Assembly (NCBI GenBank): GCA_010093995.1
Contig: ML992501.1
Span: 578,227-642,226, forward strand
Direction: 5' to 3'
Length of the DNA stretch: 64,000 bases
DNA from: Elsinoe ampelina
Taxonomy: Eukaryota
Position numbers and translations under genes: made by a program. Of this stretch, positions 1-11,651 are shown in pieces. The notes beneath the pieces were generated by a model, which saw only the letters and a program-made list of their open reading frames with translations, made no database searches and was not told the origin of the DNA. Position 1 is the stretch's first letter. Every line of letters starts with the position of its first letter.

Positions 1-681
1 TGGTGTAGACCTTCTGGAGGGGATCAGTCCGCTGATGACGGTCATACTCGAGAGGTCTCGCTTCGTTTGGAGTCGCAAGACACGACCACTCTGCCATTTG
101 CGAGACTGGCCGACCCAGTTGAGAACTCGCTCTTGACTCCCAGCGACGACTTCAAGACGTCAGACGATCATGATCGATCTCTACCATCCCTCATATGGAG
201 TTCTCTGCTTTCTCTTCCAGTCGATGTGCGAACCATATGTGTGTCTCGCATTGTTGTTATGGGAGAATCGGGTCGGTTGCCGGGATTGAAGGCGCGACTG
301 CTACACGATCTTGAGCTGATCATCTCGCGCCGAGCTTGGAATCCGGTCCTCGATCATGGTTCACGAAAAGGGGGAGTAGCCAGAGCACTTGTCAAGCCAG
401 TTGTTGCTGATGAAGAGAATGCAGCGGATGAAGAACACAGCGACGCTTTCAGACAAGCTGTCGGGAATGTTATGAATGACGCGGATGATGAGAGAGATGA
501 GATCACCGAGAGGCTGGAGAGACAAAATGTAAAGTCGAGACCTCCTTGTATTTCCAAGTCTGTTCGCTCAGTGGAGTCATTAGAAGCATGGGCAGGTGCG
601 AGTCTGACGGGTCACCTCAAGGTGGAAGGAAGGACCCAAATCATGAAGGATGACTTTCTCAAGCAAGGCATGAGCTTTTAG
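1..681 (+). CDS. actin-like ATPase fold protein (Arp10-like), 3' part; 5' end outside window
   Basis: Frame open from base 1 to TAG at 679-681. LPSLIWSSLLSLPVDVRTICVSRIVVMGESGRLPGLKARLLHDL and LEAWAGASL resemble C-terminal actin-fold motifs of divergent fungal Arps. Confidence 0.6.
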   Translation, partial: WCRPSGGDQSADDGHTREVSLRLESQDTTTLPFARLADPVENSLLTPSDDFKTSDDHDRSLPSLIWSSLLSLPVDVRTICVSRIVVMGESGRLPGLKARLLHDLELIISRRAWNPVLDHGSRKGGVARALVKPVVADEENAADEEHSDAFRQAVGNVMNDADDERDEITERLERQNVKSRPPCISKSVRSVESLEAWAGASLTGHLKVEGRTQIMKDDFLKQGMSF

Positions 682-905
682 ATACCCAGTTATTCAATGA
701 TTAATCACCGCGTCTGTCCATTTAACTGTGCTCTATGATCAGGCCGATTTCAACCAATGTCGGCACGTGACATGCGAAGCAGGCGCCAAGACCGCCAATG
801 GGAAATGTTCATGCTTGCGTTCTATTTCGCCCGTCTTTCTTATAGTCAACCTTCACCTCGCAGGCAACTGCGAAGGCCGGAATCGGGCTTCCGAATTGCG
901 CCACC

Positions 906-1423
906 ATGAAGGTATTATCCTACATTCCTACCAACAGTGCGCTTCGCTGACTTGCAAGGTCCTTGATGCTGGCACCAAGGTCTTGTCAGATCACGAAGTT
1001 CTGAAATTCATTCAAGAGAAGCGACAGCAACACAAAGACGAAGACGAAAAGGCAAAATCAGCAGGCCAAGCTGTCCTTCCTCGACCAGGAAATTTCATAC
1101 TCGCACTAGAACGACACGAGTATCATCTCAATCACAAGCGACGACCATACCTCGAGAACCCGAACTACAAATCCGATCAGTCGCATATCATACAGCTTAT
1201 GGAGGCTCTGGAGCCACGAGTACAGCTCACGAAGACCGAATTGCTCATGCTGGTGAATCATCGGCCACATAATCGGGTCATGATGTTGCCCATGATTGAG
1301 GATGCCGAGAGTCGTTACAGTGAGGAGGACCAGAATTGGATCGTGGAAAAGGTGGTGGAGATTCTGGGTGAACCTCGACCGATCACGCCTGATCCCAATC
1401 AGATGGACGAGGAAGAAGGATGA
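906..1423 (+). CDS. RPC17: RNA polymerase III subunit C17/RPC9 (Rpb4-like HRDC fold)
   Basis: ATGAAG at 906, intron 912-958 (GTATTA..GCTGAC..CAAG), giving MKVLDAGTKVLSDHEVL...LTKTELLMLVNHRP...MIEDAESRYSEEDQ. Confidence 0.85.
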
Positions 1424-1874
1424 GGACAATTGGAGGATCATCAGAAAGAAGACCACATGAGCAATCCCAACAAGGACGATGACGCCTCAATGGCACGATT
1501 TACCCCGAGGTCGATCAAGGACCTCAGCTCTGGCTGTCACGTCCAAATTTTGGCGCTGGAATGAGGCCGGCCCAAGATGGGCACAGAATCGCTCTGAATG
1601 TATCAGAGCATGATCCTCGCCATGGGCAGTAGGGAGCGAGGGTGGATCTGGATGGAGATTTGATGACTTATGCAACAGATGATACCCATAGAACTACAGA
1701 TCTACCGGCTAGCAGTGGAATTTCGCTATCTGGCATATTCGAACATCCTCTCACGTTTCCTTGGTGTCGTCGGCTTTCTTGACATGTGAAGTGCGTGTCG
1801 GTGCATCCGCATCAGGAAATGGCCGCATCCGCACTCGGAATGGACTACTAAGTTAGACCCGGGCCTGTGCGCCT

Positions 1875-2245
1875 AGCTCTATATAAATAATCTATGCCTC
1901 TTAACTTTACTTTCTCTTTCTCTTTTTGTGCTTCCTTAGACACCATGCTAGCCTTTCTCGTTTTACCTCTTCTATTATTATATATATAGAGATATATTAA
2001 AGATACTACCTTTAAGTAGTTTAAACTCTATCTTCTAGTTTCTAAATAGATTTTTTTTTGAATAAAATAAAAGTTATTTATATCTTACATTCTTACTAGT
2101 TATATCTAATACTATATAACTACTTAGATTCTTACCTAGATAAGCTGTATCTAAGTTAGATTAATAACTAACCTATATAATTATTTAAGAGTAAATGCGT
2201 TCAAAAAAGAGAGTAGTAATGCAAGATAGAAACGAGTTAGATTCA
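1875..2245. repeat. short RIP-mutated AT-rich relic
   Basis: Abrupt AT-rich island with dense TpA (tatatataga, ctag, ttaa) and depleted CpA/TpG inside otherwise ~50% GC DNA. Confidence 0.7.
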
Positions 2246-2574
2246 GTTGGGATCTAGTTCGGATTGGTCACGTGATCTCGGCATCGCGGCCCAGGCTTCC
2301 GACGCTCTGCCCTCGATATCTGCGTACTCTTGTACACTAGTTTCTTCTCTTCTTCTTTTCGAATTCTCGATTACTTGACAAATGGACGCAATTGACCCCT
2401 TATCTTGCCAGTCGTGGTCAGGCACGAGAATACTACCGTATCCAAAATCGGCACAGTAAGTGCAAGTCCAAGTTCAAAATGCACAGAAATCGTCATACAA
2501 TCATGGATTACTATCATTTAACTGTACAAGTTGCACCCCCGTTTCGCAAAGGTGTTGTACCCGCCTGCTTATGT

Positions 2575-4173
2575 TCACAAGCCAGCTCTTGTGGGGCTAC
2601 CTGGTGCGCTACGAAAGCCCGTCGATTTCGATGCTGGCGTGCCTAATGCACTCTGCGGAAGCGTATCCTGGATTTCCACAATCCGGTGGAAGGTAGTCTT
2701 TGTTACAAGATCCTCGATGTGGTGGTCCTCAACTTTCCAGTAGAAATCGTTAGCGGTGACTAAGACCTTGAGAGTTCCGACAGCAGACTCAACCATGCCG
2801 TGCAACAACCTCAGCATCAGTCGTTGCTCAGGACGGTCGCAGGCGTCCAATCGGTCGATAATCAGCCAAAAAGGACAAGCTTCGTGCAAATGTGTTGCGA
2901 CCAGAACGGCAGCCTTTTGCAAAGACTTTGCGCAATTGGTATCTTTTGCAGGTGACTTTGCATCTTTGAGATGGTCTTGATAGATATCGATCAAAGTCCG
3001 CAACTTCGGCAGATCAAGAGACGGCAGCGCGACAGCCATCTGTATCAGGATCTCTGCGACGCAAGTATGCATGTCGCGAGGGCCAACAGAGTCGAATATG
3101 TAATACGCAAGTGCTTCAGTCTTCGCACGGCGGGACTGGATGAGGTTCACAGCAAATGGCGACACCCAGGCATGTTCATGTCGCGGCATTCTTGTGTGGT
3201 TCTTCCCGACGAGGACCAGCATATAGGACGACTGGTTCGAGAACATGCCCGCCAATTCCGGTCGACACCGCATTTCTTCAATGACACTTGGTGACATCCA
3301 CGTAAATTGTGGATTAGTATCATGGACTTCTTGCAGAGTTCGCTCATAATATTGCAGGCTCTTCTGTTGTTCTTGATCAGAGCGTGGCCAAGTTCGAAGC
3401 GATCTTTGTAAGTCGGCGATCTGATGGCGGTTTTGTTCGGAACGAAACTTCTGGATTTCCAGTCTCGATCTCTTGGCTTCTTGCTGCAGCTGGGCGATGT
3501 TCCGTAGAAGCTCCGAATTTTGCTGACTTATACGGTCGATAACTACTGTCAACAGACCTTCTGCTTCGACTCGAACCGCTGATATCTTGTCCTGGACGTC
3601 TCGGACCACTTGCTGAAAGCCCTCCGGACGACCGAAAGCTTTGAGCCACCTCTTGGTTCCCGATTGCAGACAATGCTGCGCAGCGATGATGGAGAGATCG
3701 ACTATACCACCCCATGCTACGGTCATTTTGGCGCGAAGCCGGGCCTCGAGAAGTGTTTCCTGATTGTAGATCTGCTTCAGCATGTCCAAAGTCGGCAAAC
3801 GGTCCATCACGCCTGCCATGGCCTGTACGATGCTTCGATCGATTGTATCTTTGGCCCAAGCGATTGCGAAAAGGCCACTAACAACTCCGATTGCGAGGCC
3901 ACCACACGGCGCTGTGCTTGCGGCCAAATTGACCAGCGGCTGGAGAGTCTGGATGAAAGTGCTTGCGGCAGCGGCTTTGCTCTGTGCAGAGCGAGCCCAA
4001 TGTCTGAGACCGTGTGCATGTAAATCGTCTGCAACATTCTGGCCCTGTCTTGCGATGTCTGCCCAGTACTGAGCTGCGTCTGAAAGGTCTTGTTGGTGAA
4101 AGCATTTAGATTGTTCTGCCGTGATTTGCCCGTGTTTAGCCAGCCAAACGTTGAAATCCTGTTGGCGCGCCAC
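2575..4173 (-). CDS. NACHT/STAND-like protein: N-terminal helical domain, coiled coil, degenerate P-loop domain, no C-terminal repeats
   Basis: Intronless 532-aa ORF. N-terminal APCGGLAIGVVSGLFAIA...MDRLPTLDMLKQIY...RWLKAF helical domain as in fungal NACHT proteins. LVLVG (Walker A position, no GKS/T), ALAYYIF, FWLIIDRLDAC (Walker B-like), LKVLVT. Confidence 0.65.
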   Translation of the reverse strand: MARQQDFNVWLAKHGQITAEQSKCFHQQDLSDAAQYWADIARQGQNVADDLHAHGLRHWARSAQSKAAAASTFIQTLQPLVNLAASTAPCGGLAIGVVSGLFAIAWAKDTIDRSIVQAMAGVMDRLPTLDMLKQIYNQETLLEARLRAKMTVAWGGIVDLSIIAAQHCLQSGTKRWLKAFGRPEGFQQVVRDVQDKISAVRVEAEGLLTVVIDRISQQNSELLRNIAQLQQEAKRSRLEIQKFRSEQNRHQIADLQRSLRTWPRSDQEQQKSLQYYERTLQEVHDTNPQFTWMSPSVIEEMRCRPELAGMFSNQSSYMLVLVGKNHTRMPRHEHAWVSPFAVNLIQSRRAKTEALAYYIFDSVGPRDMHTCVAEILIQMAVALPSLDLPKLRTLIDIYQDHLKDAKSPAKDTNCAKSLQKAAVLVATHLHEACPFWLIIDRLDACDRPEQRLMLRLLHGMVESAVGTLKVLVTANDFYWKVEDHHIEDLVTKTTFHRIVEIQDTLPQSALGTPASKSTGFRSAPGSPTRAGL

Positions 4174-4979
4174 GACATCCTTTATGTATTGTCTACAATG
4201 TCAGCTGCAGCTCGATCTGAGACATGTACAGATTGGGACATGCACACTCTTCGGAACTCGTCAATTCGGAATCTGGAGGTATTGTTCCATTCTGCGATGG
4301 TCCGCGATCTGTAGATGAATGCGAAGGCATGGTGGTACGGCCGGGGACGTCAGGAGCCGAACACGCTTCAGACCACGCACGCTATTTGATCTGGCGGCGC
4401 TGACCAGATTGCCCGGATCATGAATTTCCGCCTGGCGAATTATGCAAATGCATCTCACTATTTTCAGCCCTGGAGCCAAGGCATTTTGGCTCAGCTGACA
4501 CCCTTTTGGCTAGACGTCTGAGACTTCTCAGATGTCACTCCAAGCTGGGCGATGCAGCTGAGATCTAGGGCGTAAGCGCTGACCTCCTCATTCGCGGATA
4601 TTCGAGAGCAATGCATCTGGCTGTCGACTGTTGGTCACGCCAGCGATTGCGGAGGCAAGTAACCCAATCACGGTGCAGAAGTCTTCTGCAACCATTGTTT
4701 GGAGGCTTAGAGCTGCGTCAAACTATTGAGAGCTGGATCCATCCTGTTCGTCGAGCAATCTCCCGCGCTGCCCGATGGCTTGCAAAGTAGTATTGTCTCT
4801 GGTGGCGAAGCGGCTTGCTAAGGGACGGCAATCTCTCTCAATCGCTTTTCATCCCGCGGTGCTCAGCTCTACAGGTGGCTTTCTTATTTGGTCGTTGAGC
4901 CACCAATCCCTCCCGTTCTTCCTGTTTTTTGCCCGTCATCGAAGCCGAGGACTACCACCAGCGTTTACATATCATCAAC

Positions 4980-7733
4980 ATGGCTGCGGTCGAGACTGCG
5001 AAGGTACTCGAGGCCCCCAAGGTTGAGACCAACGACGTTGCAGTGAATGGCAATGGCGACCGCGAGGGGCTGAATAAGGTGAGAAGAGCTATGCTCATTC
5101 TTCTCGGAAAGGATCAATGGCTGACGCGATGTAGACCCAGCTAACACTCAAAGAGGAGGTTGTGAGACTTTCAGAGCAGCTGCTTGAAATGGACAAAAGC
5201 ATCAAAGATTTGCACAAGAAGCTGAATGAGGATGCGATTCCTATAGCAGAGACTAACGGCACGACTGTCGGTAACACTTTACAGGACTGCAAACGAATGC
5301 TGAATTGTTCAGGCAAAGGAAAATGAAAACAAGCCACCCGTCGACGGTGAAGAGAATAGCAAGTCGCCGAAGAAGCACGTCCAAGTTGTGATCAACAGGG
5401 CAGACGACACTGGTGATCGGAAGGATTACTCTCCGTCCTCTGCTCAGGACGCCGACGAAAAGACCAAAAAGAAGCAGGAATATGGAGTATTACTGCGACG
5501 TAACTTGGATCTCCGCAATCCTGGTACAGGCGAAATCGAGATCTTCGATCGCGATGCCCGAGATCTGCTTCGAAAACTCCTTGCTCACTATCCTTCTCAC
5601 CAATTCATCGGCGAGCAAGTGGAACTGTCTTCTCCATACGAAGCCCTGATCATGAATTGGGATCTGCTCTGGGAAGATTGCAATCAACCTACTGGGGACA
5701 TGAAACTCAGCAACGCCAGAGCCATTGTCAAAGACTTACTAGAGGAACTGAAGGTCTTATCAGGAGATGCCAAATTGGACGCTTATCTCAAGATTAGAGA
5801 TGACCTCAAAAGACAGAACTTGATCACGTTCGAGTCTCTCTGGACAATCTTCCCGCCTGGAGTGTTGGTGAAAGGCAACATTTTCCTCCGCGGTGGGAAG
5901 CAAGATCAAATTTTCATCGTGGAGGACAACATACAGCCGTGGCCGCAGGAGCCAGAGACTATTCGTACCCGGGCTCCACTCAAATGGTCTCTTGAATGCT
6001 GGCTCTATGATTTCACGGGGAAGGACTTCACGAAGCGTCGTGTGCGTCTCTTTATCGAGTCTTTTGAGGGGCAGAAGCCAATCACATCTCTCCCATTTTA
6101 TCCGCTGGCATATATGGAGAGGACGGCGCGAGATGACCTTGAGAAGCGGCTGAAGACGAGAGGCGAATCCTTCAGGAAGTTCTGTGTCGGCAGTATGGGC
6201 GATGGATCAGAAAGGCAGAATGGCAAAATGATGTTCAATTACGAAGGTGCGGCAATACTGGAGAAGCAAGGGTTCAGAGGGGTCCAGAACGCGGACGACT
6301 CTGACGATGTGAGTCAAGCGACAACGTGTAGTCTATTAGTACTAACAGCACCAGGAATTGGACAGCCGCTTCTCGTTGAGTCGGATGAAACGGTATCTGG
6401 AAAAGAAGTCGCGCGGAACGAAAATGCAACCATTCACACGGCTGACCGAGACCAATGTTATGGTGGATTTCGAGTCATACTTCCGCTATGGTCCGGAGTA
6501 TGCTTCCATTGGGGACACCGCTGTTTTCGATGATGTGTATGCTTGCCCTTGCAAAGAGTGCACAACAAATGAAGCGCAGAAAAGGTTGTTCAAACCACAC
6601 TACGATGGGATGAGCGGCCACGAGAGCGAGACGTGGGAGGACTTGCAGTATATGCTGTGTCCTCCGAGAGTCCTCGGCTACGTCCTCAAGGAGAAACAAT
6701 GGGCTCAACTCGCAGTCGAAAATCTTCGAGAGATACCAGCACAGAACCATGAGGAAGTGATGCGCAACCTGTACCTGGCGGGGAAGAACAGTGGTCAAGA
6801 TCAGAAGAGACTTCTTTTCGGCTTGGTGAAGCACCATGGCCAGCATGAAAATGATCCGGAAGACATCGTCGCCGAAAAAGGGAAAGGCCTGATCTTCCTG
6901 CTCTATGGAGCTCCTGGTGTGGGAAAGACATCTACTGGTTCGTCGATGAAGCTCAAACATATTTTGTGACCCGCTGACTCATGTAGCTCAAATGATCGCG
7001 AAAGCAGCCCGCAAGCCACTTTTCTCCATAGGTGTTGCTGACGTTGGTACCAAAGCGCGTCAAGTCGAGTCGAATCTAGAGACAATCTTCGAGCTTGCAA
7101 CCACGTGGCGGGCAATTCTACTCATGTCAGTTGCGCCTGAGTATAGGAGAGTTTGATTACTAACAGTCACGTAGAGACGAGGCAGACGTCTTCTTGCAAA
7201 GTAGAAGTCATGGTGGGGCTGGTCCATCTGCGGAAGGCAGCGCTTTAGTGTCCGGTCAGTCAGTCGATCTCACTCGGAGAACCATCTAATAGGGTTGTGC
7301 AGTATTCTTGCGAGTCTTGGAGTACTATCGCGGTATCATGTTCTTGACCACAAATCAGATTGCGCAGTTTGACGTTGCGGTCCAGTCCAGAGTGCACATC
7401 GCGCTGAAATACGACAAGCTGGATGAAGATCAGACTGAGAAGATTTTCAAGAGCTTCGTCGACAAGTACAAAGAGCAAGGCGGTATTGATAGCCGCGAAC
7501 ACGAAGCCATCATCGAGTACGGCAAAGAAGATTTCGTCTTCAAGGGCTTCGATGGTAGGCAGATTCGCAACATCGTCACTTCAGCTATGGGCTATGCAAG
7601 GGGACGAGGTCAAAGCCAAATGACCAAGAAGGACATCATTGCTGTCGTCAAGAATGTTGACTCATTCAGACAGGACCTCTCAGGAGCAATGATGTTGTGG
7701 CGGAAGCAGCAAGAAGGCACGAGGATGTCCTGA
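4980..7733 (+). CDS. fungal AAA+ ATPase (long N-terminal domain plus single AAA module)
   Basis: Seven exons; introns ~5079-5134, 5267-5312, 6309-6354, 6938-6986, 7126-7174, ~7255-7302. Walker A LLYGAPGVGKT, Walker B IDEADVFL, FLRVLEYYRGIMFLTTN, Arg finger SRVH, lid GRQIRN. N-terminal ITFESLWTIFPPG and ITSLPFYPL motifs are typical of this fungal family. Confidence 0.9.
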
Positions 7734-7996
7734 TCATCAACGATCGGAATCGAGTCCCTTCGGGCGCGAATTTGTCTAAGATTCTTCTCTCTTTTTGTCG
7801 TTCTATCTGTCCCTCATTTCGACCGTCGCAACCTATTTCTCGATTCGATCATTCAAATGCTCGTGGTTGAGAGAGGCAATGCTGTGCAATCATGTCTTTC
7901 AAGCTTTTCGCTACAATGACGACTCGAGGAGAGCAACGCCTATGACGCAACGTGATCATGTTGTCTGCAGGCAAAAGTCACAGCAAAGTTATGTTA

Positions 7997-8978
7997 TTAC
8001 TCAGATTCGTTCTCACTAACAAGCGTATCCTTAGCGCTAGCCGCGACCGAGCCTCTCTCATCTCGCCGTACACCAAGCCCAGCAGCTTTCCTCGTGCTTG
8101 AAACATCACCCCTCAGGATGCCTTCCCAATTCACGCTTGCAATATTGCGCAAAGGACTCGTCTCCATCACCGACCTCGTCCATCCAGACTTGAAGCTCTC
8201 CCTCCTATCCAGGCCCTTCTCCTCAGCACTGACTGCCCACTCCCGTCTCATCGTAATCCCTCCATCGAAGCTGTTTTGCATGCTACCCATCGCGCTGCCT
8301 GCGCCGCCATTGCCCCTCACTAGCCCTCGTACGCCACATGCTTTGCGTGCTGGCAGCTGACCTTCGCCTGCACCCATGTATGCCAATGCGTATGTTAGAT
8401 TTGGCAGCGTTTGCTGGATGTCGAGCACGCGGACGCCATATGTGCCATTGAGCCGCCGATTGGCACCTTTTGTCATCTCATGGACTCCCAGTCGTGTCAA
8501 CCCGCTCTCATCGTCGAACACAAGGAATGGGCGAAAGTCCCTGTAGTTGACTCTCACTTCAGTCTCTTCAGTCTCAAGCAAAGTTTCGTCTTGATTATCG
8601 ACAAAGACTGCACTGTCGTTTGCAGACGAATTGTCGCCGTTCCGTGGCGCCAGCGGGGTTGCGCAGCTCGCAGCATCTTCACCATATTTTATCTTTTCTG
8701 GCTTTGAAGGTGCACTCCGTTGCTCGCTCTTCTCTTCTTTGCATCGGTCGTCAAACTTGGCCGCACCTCACTGCAAGCCATTCTTTAAAGCCGTGCAGAG
8801 ATCGGGATTCTGCTTGCGAGGCCCAGTTTTGCCATACGAAGTCGAGGTTCTCCTCCGACGTCACCGCAAGGATATATTCATGCGCACCCACCGTGGTCTC
8901 TATTGGCCGCGAGCCTATGGCACCATTTGTCGTCGTCTGTCGCGGCCATTCAGGCTTGAAGTGATGCGTGGTGCGCAT
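7997..8978 (-). CDS. hypothetical protein, gene structure uncertain (possible frameshift or atypical intron near 8760)
   Basis: Frame open from ~8767 to stop at 7997. A second coding-like frame runs from ATG 8978 to a stop at 8751. No clean intron joins them. Confidence 0.35.
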
Positions 8979-9603
8979 TATGGGAGGAGCAATTGACCGT
9001 ACAGATATAAGACCAAGTCGGGGCGAGGGGAATGGGGCTTCTGCGGCACGGAAAGGCACGTCGCAAGTGAGGGTGATGTAGCGAGGCTTACCTCCGGACG
9101 TGGGGGCGAGCGGGCCTGATCGGAAGTGGATACTTCTTCAACACATTCGGTTCACACACTAGTCCGTATGCGGTAACCGCTGGTAATATTATCGTCCGTC
9201 ATGTGCCCAAATGCATTCATATCACCGGCTTGCGTTCTGTTTCATTGCTGATCTAGAAACTATACTTACATTCTTCGATTTCATCAATTGCCTCGTCCAT
9301 CTTTGTGGTATTTCCTTTGAGCGTCTCGGAATTATCCAAGGGGTCATCAGACGTCAGCGAAGGCGGGGCAGTGTCGAAGGCATCAATTTACACACAAGGG
9401 CTGGACCCATATCATCATACATTCGTAGTATTTGCCGCACGTCGCCTGAACCGCAATACTGCTTGTAGCAGCGCTCTTGTAAACGCACACCGGATATTGT
9501 TCAACCAATTCGTAGCCTGGTCTCATCCCCTTCGGCACTCAGAAGCGTCTGAAAGCTCGCAAATCGTGACAGCACATCTCGACAGGCTGTGACATCGTGC
9601 ACG

Positions 9604-10944
9604 ATGAGCATCTGGGGAGGCTCGGTACGTTCGATCTGCTTCCCCTCCGTGCCGCATCTTCTGCTTGAAAAGATACACCCATCACGTTTCTATCTGGCGT
9701 CTCTGCAACGAACCAGAACTAACTTGCCCAGTCGGCGAAGCCGTACACGGCCGTGTCTGTTCAGATTGATCGCATGACTAGCGAGCAGTACGAAGAAGAT
9801 GACCTCTCCGGCCTGATTGACCTCATTGAGGTCATCCGTATCCAAGGGTCTGGGCCTACCGAAGCTGCCAGAGCAATCAGGAAGAAGCTGTAAGACTCAC
9901 TGGTTTGGAGCAGCATCGAGCGATCTGACATTACATAGCAAGTACGGCAGCTCGCATAGACAATTGCGTGCGCTCGTTGTTCTTGACGGACTAATCCAAA
10001 ATGCCGGCTCTCGATTCCAGAAGACCTTTGCGGATGGACCTCTGCTCGAGCGACTTCGGGTCATGGCCCGAGACGACACTGTAGATCCAGCCGTACGACA
10101 AAAGTGCAACCTGCTCTTCCGCCAGTGGGCCGTAGCATACAAAGACACCGCTGGGCTATCGTCCGTGGCTGCATTGCACAAGGAACTACCACAGCCCAAA
10201 CGTCGTGCACAGCAGAAGCCTAAATCTATACGAGAAACAGATCTAAACTCCGAGGACGAACGGCCAGCTCCAAAAACTCATACGAGGAATGCCTCTGGTC
10301 CATCAGCCAGTTCCTCTTCACCAAAACCGAAAGCAGCTGCTGACTTGAGTGGCATTATGGAGCCGTCAAGCAAGTCGTCGAAAAAGAACAAAGCTGGTGT
10401 CAAGTTCAACGTGGAACGCGAAAAGCCTCAAATCATGCAGACGATAGCCCAGTCGACCATCGCATCGACGAATCTGCTGAACGGCCTGCAGTTGATCAAT
10501 CGCGAGCATGAGCGAGTCTCCGAGAACCAAGAAGTCGCCACCAAATTCGAGATTTGCAAGCAGCTCCGTCGAAAAGTGCTCGGCTATATTCAGCTTGTCG
10601 AGAACAACGAGCTGGTCGGCAGTCTGCTCACTGCGAATGACGAGCTTGTCAAGGCCCTCACTGCATACGATGTTATGGATAGGAGCATGGACGACGACAG
10701 CGATAGTGATCAATGGGAAGATCCTGCAGGCTTTGATGCTCCATCAGGTGCTGCGAGTCAATTGAAGGGACTCAAACTTGAAGAGAAGCCGCCTGCGAAG
10801 CCTGCACGACCTGTACAACAGGAGGAGAGTGAGGATGAGGAAAGTGAGCCAGAAGAGATTGATGAGGACAATCCGTTTGGAGATCAAAACGCGGTCAAGA
10901 CGCCTGGGATTGAGAGGCCTGGTATGACTTGGAAGACTGTGTGA
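9604..10944 (+). CDS. LSB5: VHS/GAT-domain endocytic adaptor Lsb5
   Basis: Introns 9625-9731 and 9890-9938. KPYTAVSVQIDRMTSEQYEEDDLSGLIDLIEVIRIQGSGPTEAARAIRKKLKYG (VHS), GAT-like helices, C-terminal NPF motif (DNPFGD). Confidence 0.9.
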
Positions 10945-11324
10945 TCAGAAGGCTCGATCTCTACCATTGTACTATCTTTGAGCGAGCGTGATCAGAAGCA
11001 ATTCATCATTTCCAACCTACGACGTGGTCCATTCTCGCTCAGCATTGACACCTACTTCTGTGTCACACTGCCACGTCTGTGCAATGAAGATCCAACTGCG
11101 CCTCGGTGACGTAGGCTGCCCCTCGACCAATCGCACATTTCCATGAAACCACACCTCAACCCTGTTTCATCTGCCACGCGCCCATCGTGATATAATCCCC
11201 AGCGTCCCCCAATTCGTTCGTTACCTCTTCCCAGACCAGATCTTTATACCTAAGAACGCACCTAGGATCCTCCTACAAGACCTCTGAGAATCCTCTATCC
11301 AACCGACATCTCTTTACCACAACA

Positions 11325-11495
11325 ATGCCTCAAGCAGAGATCAAGTCCTCCTCGACCTTGAGCGTCACCTCAAGCGCCTCATCCTCTGGCTCAGTCCAGG
11401 GGTTGAAGACCAAGACTCCCGGCGTCAAGCTCCCCTGCTGGTGCGGCGACGACTGCTCGTGCTGCTGCATCCCAATTCCCTGCACCGTCATGTAG
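11325..11495 (+). CDS. 56-aa Cys-rich microprotein with C-terminal CaaX (CTVM)
   Basis: ACAATGCCT start; MPQAEIKSSSTLSVTSSASSSGSVQGLKTKTPGVKLPCWCGDDCSCCCIPIPCTVM*; TATA-like TATAAT near 11190. Below the 60-aa ORF-track cutoff. Confidence 0.65.
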   Translation: MPQAEIKSSSTLSVTSSASSSGSVQGLKTKTPGVKLPCWCGDDCSCCCIPIPCTVM

Positions 11496-11651
11496 GAGTC
11501 GCACGGTGGACAGGGAGTAGCAGGTGAGGGGCAGCTGGATGGAGCATAGGAGCCAGGAGAATACCAAGCCGCGCACCTAGCGAGGAGAAGACTAGTAGTC
11601 GGCTGGCTGAACAAGCAAGGCAAAGAATGGGAAGAAGGGTACGGCAACGAA

